Shown piece by piece: positions 1 to 7,747 of a DNA stretch of 64,000 nt. The stretch's first letter is position 1; each line of letters opens with the position of its first letter. Source of the stretch: Alphaproteobacteria bacterium (GTDB lineage Bacteria > Pseudomonadota > Alphaproteobacteria > Bin95); NCBI GenBank assembly GCA_965205265.1, contig CBDBGH010000003.1, forward strand, positions 640,001 through 704,000. Reading direction: 5' to 3'. A program made the translations under genes and the position numbers. The notes beneath the pieces were generated by a model, which had not been told where the DNA came from, did no database searches, and worked only from the letters and a program-made list of their open reading frames with translations.

Positions 1-224
1 GTTCCGGCCCGCGTCGCGAACATGTTGCCCATCTGGTCGAGGCCCATCTCGCAGCCGGCCGCCTCGCACCATTGCCGGAACAGCGCGCGGCCCGCGCCGT
101 CCTCGTCGGTCAGCGTCTGGCGGTTGTTGCCGCCGGCCACGCCGGGGCCGATCTTCGCCATTTCCATCAGGCTGTCCCAGAGCCGCTCGCCATCGATCTT
201 CAGGTTCTCACCGGGGGCGGGCAT
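1..224 (-). CDS. Zn-dependent amidohydrolase (beta-ureidopropionase / N-carbamoyl-amino acid hydrolase, M20 family), 5' part only
   Basis: Manual translation from ATG at 224: MPAPGENLKIDGERLWDSLMEMAKIGPGVAGGNNRQTLTDEDG...DQMGNMFATR, the typical N-terminus of the family; runs off the window. Confidence 0.85.
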   Translation of the reverse strand, partial: MPAPGENLKIDGERLWDSLMEMAKIGPGVAGGNNRQTLTDEDGAGRALFRQWCEAAGCEMGLDQMGNMFATRAG

Positions 225-283
225 GGGCACCTCACTCTGTGGATCGCCGGGCGAACGCGACGCTATCAAGCTCCCTGGGCCGG

Positions 284-1306
284 TCAAGCGGAAAGTCCGG
301 CCGCCGGCCGGAACGCCGGAATGATCGACCGGCCGTATTCGGCGATGATTTCCTCTTCGTCGCCGTTGTCCAGATAGATGTTGAACTGGGTGACGCCGGC
401 GGCCTGCAGCTCTTCCAGCTTGGCGACATGCTCCTCCGGCGTGCCGAGCACGCTGAAGCCGTCGATCACGTCGTCGGTGATGAAGTCCAGATAGGCGTTG
501 TCGCTCTGCCCGTGCCTGGAATAGTCGTAGCCCCTGCGGCCCTCGATATAGGCGGTCAGCGAGGGGGGAATGTCCTCGCGGTCGGTGCCGTATCTCTCGA
601 CGATGTCCGCCACATGGTTGCCGACCATGGCCGGGAACCAGCGGGTGGCCTCCCGGCATGTCGCCCTGTCGCCGAAAAAGGCGGGCGCGGCGGACATGAC
701 GCGGTAGTTCGACATGTCCCGCCCGGCTTCCCTGCCTGCGGCAATCGCCTGGTCGGCCAGCCACTTGCAGATCGACGGCTCGGCGATCTGGAGGACGAGG
801 CCGTCGCCTACGCGGCCTGCCGAGTTCAGCGCCCGGGGGCCGTAGGCGGCAACCCAGACCGGCAGTTCGTAGCCCGTCGCCCAGGGGAATTGCATCGGGT
901 TCGGCACATTGCCGTACTGGACTTCCTCGCCGCGCACGAGCGCGCGCACGACATGGATGAACTCCTCCATCCGGGCGAGCGAGGACGGCCTGTTGCCCAT
1001 CACGCGCACGGCGCTGTCGCCGCGGCCGACGCCGATGTCGAAGCGGTTGTTCGATTGGAGCGCCAGCGAGCCGAAGAGCGAGGCCGCCGCGGACCAGTCC
1101 CGCGTATTGGGGTTGGTGACGCAAGGGCCGAAGCGGAGCGTCTCGGTGTGCTCCATGCACATGGCCATCGCCGGGTAGCTCTCGCGCCAGAGGATGTGGC
1201 TGTCGTAGAACCAGCAATAGGAGAACCCCGCATCCTCGGCCTGTTTCACCAATGCGCGCGCCCGGTCGGGCTGCACGAACCCCTTGAAGGTAATGCCGAA
1301 TTCCAT
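284..1306 (-). CDS. LLM-class (luciferase-like) oxidoreductase, probably F420-dependent TIGR03842-type
   Basis: 340 aa; FYDSHILW, GPCVTNP, GVGRGDSA, AAYGPRAL motifs; upstream of the Zn-hydrolase. Confidence 0.8.
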   Translation of the reverse strand: MEFGITFKGFVQPDRARALVKQAEDAGFSYCWFYDSHILWRESYPAMAMCMEHTETLRFGPCVTNPNTRDWSAAASLFGSLALQSNNRFDIGVGRGDSAVRVMGNRPSSLARMEEFIHVVRALVRGEEVQYGNVPNPMQFPWATGYELPVWVAAYGPRALNSAGRVGDGLVLQIAEPSICKWLADQAIAAGREAGRDMSNYRVMSAAPAFFGDRATCREATRWFPAMVGNHVADIVERYGTDREDIPPSLTAYIEGRRGYDYSRHGQSDNAYLDFITDDVIDGFSVLGTPEEHVAKLEELQAAGVTQFNIYLDNGDEEEIIAEYGRSIIPAFRPAAGLSA

Positions 1307-1443
1307 GTCCGCCTCCCGGGTGGCTCGGTATCCCGGCGCCTCGGACCGGCTGCCGCCGGCCGGCTCGGCCGGAATGGTAGTGTATAGGCCGTTTGTCCGC
1401 CAAGCCGGCCTCCGGGCCGTCTGCCGCGCATGGGAGGCCGTCG

Positions 1444-2727
1444 ATGGAGAAAGCCCTCAGCACCGACCCCTTCTGGTGGGAAGCCGCGCCGCGTCCCGAT
1501 CCCGAACCGGAGGCGCCGCCGGGGCGCGCCGATGCGGTGGTCGTGGGCGCGGGCTTCACGGGGCTCAGCGCCGCGCTCACGCTGGCGCGGGCGGGGCGCC
1601 AGGTCGTGGTGCTGGAGAAGGACCGGCCGGGGGAGGGCGCCTCCAGCCGCAATGGCGGCATCGCCAGCGGCAATCTCCGCCGCAGCTTCGGGGCCATGAT
1701 CCGCGCCTGGGGGCTGGAGCGGGCGAAGGCCGTGGAGGCCGAAGGGCAGGCCGCGCGCGCCGACCTCGCGCGCTTCATCGGGGACGAGGGCATCGACTGC
1801 GACTGGAAGCAGGCCGGGCGCTTCACCGGCGCGATGCGCCCGAAGCATTACGAGGCGATGGCCGCCGAATGCGAGCTGCTGAACCGCCATCTGGACTACG
1901 GCGCCTGGATGGTGCCGAAGGCGGAGCAGCACGGGGAGATCGGCTCGGACCTCTATCACGGCGGCATGGTGCGCGAGGACATCGGCGGGCTGCATCCCGG
2001 CAAGTTCCACCAGGGGATGCTCGACCGCGCGCTGGAAGCCGGTGTCTCGGTCCATGCACGCACGACCGTCGAGGCCGTGGAGGACGACAGCAGCCTGAAG
2101 CGCGTCCGCACCGACCGGGGCAGCATCGCCGCCCCGCATGTCATCGTGGCGACCAACGGCTATACCGGCCGCGCGACGCCGTGGCTCCGCCGGCGGATCG
2201 TGCCGATCCCGAGCCAGATCGTCGCCACCGACCCGATCCCGAAGGAGGTGCTCGACCGGCTGATGCCGAAGCGCCGGATGCTGGGCGAGACGCGCAACCT
2301 CTACCACTATTTCCGCCCCGCGCCGGACGACAGCCGCATCGTCTTCGGCGGCAGGGCGGGCGCGCTCACCGACGACGAATCGCGCAAGGCCGAGCGGCTC
2401 GGCGCCGGGCTCGCGCAGATCTTCCCGGAACTCGCCGGCATCGGCATGACCCATTGCTGGTTCGGCTATACCGGCTTCACCTTCGACTTCATGCCGAAGC
2501 TGGTGGTGCGCAACGGCGTGCACTACGCCGCCGGCTTCTGCGGCTCGGGCGTGGTCTGGGCGCGGTGGCTCGGCATGAAGGCGGCGCAAAGCATCGCCGG
2601 CAACCGCCCGCCCGAGACGGCCTTCGCCGCCGGCGACTTCGCCACCCGCCCGCTCTATTACGGCCGCCCCTGGTTCCTGCCCCTCATGGTCGGCTGGTAC
2701 GAGTTGAAGGACCGAGCGGGGCTGTAG
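1444..2727 (+). CDS. FAD-dependent oxidoreductase (DAO/PuuB-like)
   Basis: VVVGAGFTGLSAA Rossmann motif, GASSRNGG, ATNGYT, GFCGSGV; GGAGG before ATG 1444. Confidence 0.85.
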   Translation: MEKALSTDPFWWEAAPRPDPEPEAPPGRADAVVVGAGFTGLSAALTLARAGRQVVVLEKDRPGEGASSRNGGIASGNLRRSFGAMIRAWGLERAKAVEAEGQAARADLARFIGDEGIDCDWKQAGRFTGAMRPKHYEAMAAECELLNRHLDYGAWMVPKAEQHGEIGSDLYHGGMVREDIGGLHPGKFHQGMLDRALEAGVSVHARTTVEAVEDDSSLKRVRTDRGSIAAPHVIVATNGYTGRATPWLRRRIVPIPSQIVATDPIPKEVLDRLMPKRRMLGETRNLYHYFRPAPDDSRIVFGGRAGALTDDESRKAERLGAGLAQIFPELAGIGMTHCWFGYTGFTFDFMPKLVVRNGVHYAAGFCGSGVVWARWLGMKAAQSIAGNRPPETAFAAGDFATRPLYYGRPWFLPLMVGWYELKDRAGL

Positions 2728-2748
2728 CGGCCCGGCGGCCGCCCGGGC

Positions 2749-3372
2749 TCAGACCTCCTGCGCCTTGAGGCCGCGCTGGACGGCGGGGCGGGCGGTCACG
2801 ATGTCGAACCAGCGCTTCACATTGGGAAAGCGGTCGAAGTCGAGGTCGATCCACTCATGGCGGCAGGCCCAGGGATAGACGGCGATATCGGCGATGGAAT
2901 AGTCGTCGCAGAGGAAGTCCCGCCCCTCCAGCCGCCGGTCCATGACGCCGTAGAGCCGGTAGGTCTCCTGGGTATAGCGCTCGATGCCGTAGGGTACCTC
3001 CACCTTGGCGGCGCGGCGGAAATGGTGCGCCTGGCCCTGCATCGGCCCGACGCCGCCCATCTGCCACATCAGCCATTGCAGCACTTCGAGGCGCCGGCGC
3101 GGCTCCGTTGGCCAGAGGGGGCTCCCGGTCTTCTCGGCGAGGTAGATCAGGATGGCGCCGCTCTCGAACAGCGAGATCGGCCCGCCGCCCGGCCCGTCGG
3201 GATCGACGATGGCCGGGATGCGGTTGTTCGGGCTGATCTTCAGGAAGTCCGGATGGAACTGCTCGTCCTTGCCGATATCGACCGGGTGCCATTGGTACTC
3301 CAGCCCCAGCTCCTCCAGCATGATCGAGATCTTGCGCCCGTTGGACGTGTTCCAGCTATGGAGATGAATCAT
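2749..3372 (-). CDS. Glutathione S-transferase (YfcG/YghU-like)
   Basis: TSNGRKISIMLEELGL, ISPNNRIPAI, LFESGAILIYLAEK, YSIADIA. Confidence 0.9.
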   Translation of the reverse strand: MIHLHSWNTSNGRKISIMLEELGLEYQWHPVDIGKDEQFHPDFLKISPNNRIPAIVDPDGPGGGPISLFESGAILIYLAEKTGSPLWPTEPRRRLEVLQWLMWQMGGVGPMQGQAHHFRRAAKVEVPYGIERYTQETYRLYGVMDRRLEGRDFLCDDYSIADIAVYPWACRHEWIDLDFDRFPNVKRWFDIVTARPAVQRGLKAQEV

Positions 3373-3393
3373 TCGGGCCGTTTTCCTCCGGCG

Positions 3394-3801
3394 TTACGTA
3401 CGTTGTCGGCGCGGCCGTCGCGGAGCGCCCGCCCGGACGCCCTTGAGCCGCACGGCGGGCAGACGTTTCAGCCTTTGGTTGAGCGGATCGACTTCGATCC
3501 CGACCGACTCCAGCGCCGTTACGCCCAAAAGGGGTTCTGCGTCGGCATCGCCATACAGAACGGTGCCGCCTACGGTCTCTCCCATGAATTCGATCTCCGC
3601 AACGGTTACGTCCATGGTGATCTCGCTGCCATCCGCGAGTTCGTAAACACGCTTACCTCTCGGCTTCAGCCCGATGGCGTCCAAATGCGGTCGCGGCACG
3701 AGCGAATCCGTCGCGCCGGTGTCCACCAGGAACAAAGCTTCCCAGAAGCGATCCGGGTCCGCCGGATTGCGGATGGCTACGGTCACATGCGTCGCACCCA
3801 T
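3394..3801 (-). CDS. Clan AA (retropepsin-like) aspartic protease, AF_0612-type
   Basis: MGATHVTV... with LVDTGA catalytic motif, ELADG, EPLLGVTALE; GGAGG before ATG 3801. Confidence 0.8.
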   Translation of the reverse strand: MGATHVTVAIRNPADPDRFWEALFLVDTGATDSLVPRPHLDAIGLKPRGKRVYELADGSEITMDVTVAEIEFMGETVGGTVLYGDADAEPLLGVTALESVGIEVDPLNQRLKRLPAVRLKGVRAGAPRRPRRQRT

Positions 3802-3842
3802 GAGCCTCCGGCCTCCCTTGCCTGCGATTCCGTTCGCGAACC

Positions 3843-4949
3843 TTACCCGCCCGCCGTGCCGTTGGCGAGCAGCGCGTCGATGCGACCGGTCGCGAGTCCC
3901 GTCGCGCGGACCGAGGCGACAATCGCATCCCAGGCGTCGTCCGTGAGCGGCAGGCCGCCCGCGCGGCGCTCGGCAGCGGTCATGCGCTCCGGGTCGCCGG
4001 GCACGAGCACCGGCCTGTCCGGGTCGGCCGGCCGGGCGGAAAGCAGCCAGTCGATATAGTCCTCCACGGCGCGCGCAAACGCCTCGCCCGGGCCGAAGGC
4101 GTCCGGGACCGCGTAAAGCGAGAACATGCCGTTGGCGAAGGGCTTGTCCGTCGGTCCGCAGACGCCGTTGCCGGTGAGCGCGCCGCCCAGCAGCTCGCAC
4201 ATCAGCGCCAGGCCCGAGCCCTTGTGCTCGCCCATCGCGCGGATGGCGCCCTTGCCGTCGCGGAACTGCGGCGGCGCGTCGGGGCCGGCGGAGCCGTAGA
4301 GCGCGGCGGGGTCGTTCGTGCGCCGGCCCTCGCCGTCGATCAGCGCGTCGTCCGGCACCGGCTTGCCGCCCTTGGCCGCGACCAGCACCTTGCCTTCCGC
4401 GACCACGGAGGTCGCGAAATCGAGCACCAGCGGCTCGCGGCCCTCACGCGGCACGGCGACGCAGAAGGGCGCGGTCGAGAAACGCCGTTCGCGCGCGCCG
4501 TAGGGGGCCACCAGGATGCTGCCGCGCGCATTGACGAAATGGACCGAGACCAGCCCTTCCTCCGCCGCCATCGCGGCCCATTCGCCGATGCGCCCGAGAT
4601 GGCCGGTATTGCGCAGCGCGACCACGCCGACGCCGCCGGCGCGCGCCTTGCCGATGCCGCAGCGCACGGCCTGTGGGCCGATGGTCTGGCCGAAGCCGAG
4701 ACGTCCGTCCAGCACGGCCATCGCGCCCGCATCCGACACCACCTCCACTTCCCGGTCCGCCACGACGCGCCCGTCGCGCAGCATGTCCAGATAACGCGGC
4801 ACGCGCACGATGCCGTGGCTGTCATGGCCGGCAAGGTTGGCCGAGACCAGCGAGGCGGCGATGCGCGCGCCCTCGGCAACGGAGCAGCCCGCCGCAGCGA
4901 AGGCTTCGCCGATCAGGGATTCGGCGGTTTCGACCGGTATGCGGGGCAC
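3843..4949 (-). CDS. Malate/lactate/ureidoglycolate dehydrogenase (Ldh_2 family)
   Basis: ANLAGHDSHG, GHLGRIG, LDFATS, HKGSGLALMCELLGGAL; GTG start with AGGAG RBS. Confidence 0.85.
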   Translation of the reverse strand: MPRIPVETAESLIGEAFAAAGCSVAEGARIAASLVSANLAGHDSHGIVRVPRYLDMLRDGRVVADREVEVVSDAGAMAVLDGRLGFGQTIGPQAVRCGIGKARAGGVGVVALRNTGHLGRIGEWAAMAAEEGLVSVHFVNARGSILVAPYGARERRFSTAPFCVAVPREGREPLVLDFATSVVAEGKVLVAAKGGKPVPDDALIDGEGRRTNDPAALYGSAGPDAPPQFRDGKGAIRAMGEHKGSGLALMCELLGGALTGNGVCGPTDKPFANGMFSLYAVPDAFGPGEAFARAVEDYIDWLLSARPADPDRPVLVPGDPERMTAAERRAGGLPLTDDAWDAIVASVRATGLATGRIDALLANGTAGG

Positions 4950-4959
4950 CGGGTTCTCC

Positions 4960-5994
4960 TCAGAGTGTCGGGAACAGCACTCCGAAGACGATACCGGAGA
5001 GGACCGCGCCCGCAAATCCGAGTCCGACATAGGCCGCGAAGACAGGGCGCCGCACCAGCGCATAGACGGCCGTCATCGCCGGGATGCAGCTCACCGCGCC
5101 CGCCACCATGAAGGCCATGCCGGCGCCGTTGCTCATGCCCTGCTCGATGAGGCCCGCGACCAGCGCCGGGGCGGCGTAGCCGTTGAGATAGGCCGGCGCG
5201 CCCACCAGCGCGGCTATGACGATCGGCAGCAGGCCCTCGCCGCCGACCGCGCCCGCGATCGCCTCGGCCGGCAGCCAGGCCAACATCAGGCTCTCCAGCA
5301 GATAGGCGAGCGTCAGCCATTTGAGCAGGAAGAGCGCGTTCTCCTTCGTTTCGTCGGCGAACAGGCGCCGGCGGTCCGCATGGCCCCAGAAGCGCCATTC
5401 CGGCGCGCCGCCGAAGGCGGAGGGCGCGCCGCAGCAGCCGCCCGAGTCGCGGGGCCTCACCGGGTTGGCGAAGAAACCGGCGCGCACCGCCGCCTGCATG
5501 GCGAACCCGCCCAGAAGGCCGACCCCGACGGCGGCGGCCGTCTTGCCGATGGCGAACGGCCAGCCGAGCGCGCCGGCGGTAATGAGGAAGGCGGCCGGGT
5601 CGATCAGCGGCGAGGACAGCCAGAACGCCATCACCGCCGAGACCGGCGTGCCGAGCGCGAGCAGCGCGGCGATGAACGGGATCACCTCGCAGGAGCAGAA
5701 GGGCGCCAGGCCCCCGACCAGCGCCGCCAGCACGATCATCCGGCTCTCGCGTCCCACGAAGGCGCGGGCCACCAGCGCATCCGCCCCCGTCGCCTTCAGC
5801 ACCGCCACGGCCAGCACGGCGAAGGCGATGAAGGGCAGGGTGTGCGCAAGCGCGTCCAGCGTGAAGGAGACGGAGGGACGGAACTGCGCCGGATCGAGCA
5901 GCGCCACCGCAGCCAGGATGGCGAGCACGGCCAGCCACACGCGGCCGATTTTCGGCAGTTCCAGGCGTCTCAGGGTGGCGGCGAGGGTTGCCAT
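4960..5994 (-). CDS. DUF318/ArsP-like permease
   Basis: Polytopic protein with PFCSCEVIP, AFWLSSPL, central GGCCG loop; downstream of ArsR. Confidence 0.8.
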   Translation of the reverse strand: MATLAATLRRLELPKIGRVWLAVLAILAAVALLDPAQFRPSVSFTLDALAHTLPFIAFAVLAVAVLKATGADALVARAFVGRESRMIVLAALVGGLAPFCSCEVIPFIAALLALGTPVSAVMAFWLSSPLIDPAAFLITAGALGWPFAIGKTAAAVGVGLLGGFAMQAAVRAGFFANPVRPRDSGGCCGAPSAFGGAPEWRFWGHADRRRLFADETKENALFLLKWLTLAYLLESLMLAWLPAEAIAGAVGGEGLLPIVIAALVGAPAYLNGYAAPALVAGLIEQGMSNGAGMAFMVAGAVSCIPAMTAVYALVRRPVFAAYVGLGFAGAVLSGIVFGVLFPTL

Positions 5995-6024
5995 CGGCGC
6001 GAGCCTCTATTTCTATATTTCTAA

Positions 6025-6348
6025 CTAAATCGAAATATGCCGATGATGGCACGAGCCGTCAAGATGGTCTGCGCAACATTCTTCCAGGAGGAACCCCAGC
6101 GTTTCGTTCATCGCCTCGGCATTGGCGCGGCAGATGAGCGTGGTGCCGCGCCGTTCCCGCTGCATCAGGCCGCAATCCGCCAGCCGGCGCAGATGATGCG
6201 AGAGCGTGGAGCGCGGCACGCCCGTGCGCTCGTGGATTTCGTTGACGGCAAGCCCCGCCTCGCCCGCCCGCACCACATGGCGGAACACGGCAAGCCGCGT
6301 CTCGTTGCCGAGCACTTCCAGCCGGACAGCAATTTCACCGAGCGTCAT
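6025..6348 (-). CDS. ArsR/SmtB family transcriptional regulator
   Basis: LGNETRLAVFR, STLSHHLRRL wHTH, C-terminal ECC and His-rich tail. Confidence 0.85.
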   Translation of the reverse strand: MTLGEIAVRLEVLGNETRLAVFRHVVRAGEAGLAVNEIHERTGVPRSTLSHHLRRLADCGLMQRERRGTTLICRANAEAMNETLGFLLEECCADHLDGSCHHRHISI

Positions 6349-6472
6349 GGGCCCGCAGTATAGAGCGGAAACGCCCCCTATGCGCCGTAAATCGAGGCGG
6401 GAGGTTGGACCTTCCGTTGTGGCTTGGAATGAACAATTTCGGATATTTTTGAATTATGTTCCCTGTATGGGC

Positions 6473-6499
6473 TTGACATCTGGCGGATTGTGGTATGAT
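6473..6499 (+). promoter_or_regulatory. Sigma70-like promoter
   Basis: TTGACA-N15-TATGAT with a TGn extended -10, in an AT-rich patch. Confidence 0.55.
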
Positions 6500-6730
6500 G
6501 GTCCCCAGGGAAGCGGACTCCGGAGCCGCCTCCCCCGGGTGCCGCGCGGCCGAGCGGCGCCATTTCTGAAAACCCGTGAGAAGCCGACGGGAGACGTGCG
6601 CCCTGTGCCTCGCGCGCGCAATCAGGCGCGCAAACCGCGCCGCCGCGAAACGCGCGCCCGCGCCGACACAGGCGCCCGCGCAGGATACGCGCGGAAAAGG
6701 GACCCGCTCCCCGTCGGAGGAGGAGAGACG

Positions 6731-7318
6731 ATGACCGCAACTGACCCCCGCCCCGCACTGGCGGCGATGCTGGCCGAAAAGCTGGCCCCGGCCGCCGCAG
6801 CCCTTGCCGAAGCTTATGCCCAGGACATGGGCGCAGCGCCGCCGCCGGAGGACAACCGTGCCTCGGCCGAACGCCATCGCGCCGGACGCGCCGCGCTCTC
6901 CCATCTGCGCCAGATCCTCAATGTCCTCGACTGGGCCGCCGCCCGCATGCCCGAGCCGGAGCCGGCAGTCATCGAGGAACCGGCGGACGACTGGGTTCCG
7001 GAGCCGGAGCCCGAGACCGGCTATGACGGCAGCGAGGACGAATACCACTATTTCGACGAGGTCTGGGTCGGCAGCCAGCAGACGCCCGAGTTCCGGGCCT
7101 GGCATGCGGAGCAGGAGCGCCGCTTCGGGCCGCTGGTGCCGGACGAGGACAGTTACGACGGCAGCGAGGACTACTACAATTTCGGCGAGCGCCAGTATGT
7201 GGGCAAGCTGACCACGCCCGCGTTCTACGACTGGCTCGCCCGCCAGGAACGCCGCGAGGCCGCAGAACTCGCCGCAAGGGAGGCCGCAGAAGGAGGCGGG
7301 GGTACCGGCGGGTGGTAG
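6731..7318 (+). CDS. Hypothetical acidic protein (195 aa) with a tandem 44-aa repeat
   Basis: Strong GGAGGAGGAG RBS; GC3-rich codons; YDGSED...VG...TP.F..W.A.QERR occurs twice. Confidence 0.75.
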   Translation: MTATDPRPALAAMLAEKLAPAAAALAEAYAQDMGAAPPPEDNRASAERHRAGRAALSHLRQILNVLDWAAARMPEPEPAVIEEPADDWVPEPEPETGYDGSEDEYHYFDEVWVGSQQTPEFRAWHAEQERRFGPLVPDEDSYDGSEDYYNFGERQYVGKLTTPAFYDWLARQERREAAELAAREAAEGGGGTGGW

Positions 7319-7365
7319 AGCATGCTCCGCTCGGGCTGAAACGAATCCCTCCACAGAGCCCCCAT

Positions 7366-7470
7366 CGTCACCCCGGCCGGAGCGAAGCGGAGAGCCGGGG
7401 TCCAGACTGCCGGGGTCTTTACCGGATTGCGCCGGTCGTGCCGGGCTCCGGCTCGGGGGTCGGAGCGACA
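7366..7470. repeat. REP-like palindromic element
   Basis: cgtcaccccggccggagcgaagcggagagccggggtcca hairpin followed by a degenerate partner arm. Confidence 0.5.
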
Positions 7471-7747
7471 ATAGGGGCCGTCGCCATAGGTTCCGATCAA
7501 CGACCGTTGGTATCAAAGAGCGGACGGCTTCATGCCCAAATCGGCTACGGCATATGAACTCCGCGCATGCAGAACATGACATCGCATGACATTCCATGAC
7601 ACATCCCTGGAGTGGGCCCCTGGGGTCGGACAGTCCGGTTGAGGAGATTTGTCGGATGCGCAGGCGTCGGAAGGACTGCGGCCGCGGGGAAGCGCCGGGC
7701 GGTTCCCGGCTCCCGGCCCGGCGGGACCTGCCGCGCGTTTGCCGGGC

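Larger units (their letters stand above)
6430..7602 (+). repeat. Dispersed promoter-leader-cargo-CATGAC module, copy A
   Basis: Promoter 6473-6499, leader 6586-6708 homologous to 25507-25635 and 50005-50135 (both reverse complement), cargo ORF 6731-7318, CATGAC at 7575/7585/7595; boundaries approximate. Confidence 0.75.

Noticed and set aside
6425-6465. LexA box (GTTC-N7-GTTC) upstream of module promoters
   Set aside because: Only single GAAC/GTTC half-sites; spacing and orientation are not consistent among the three copies
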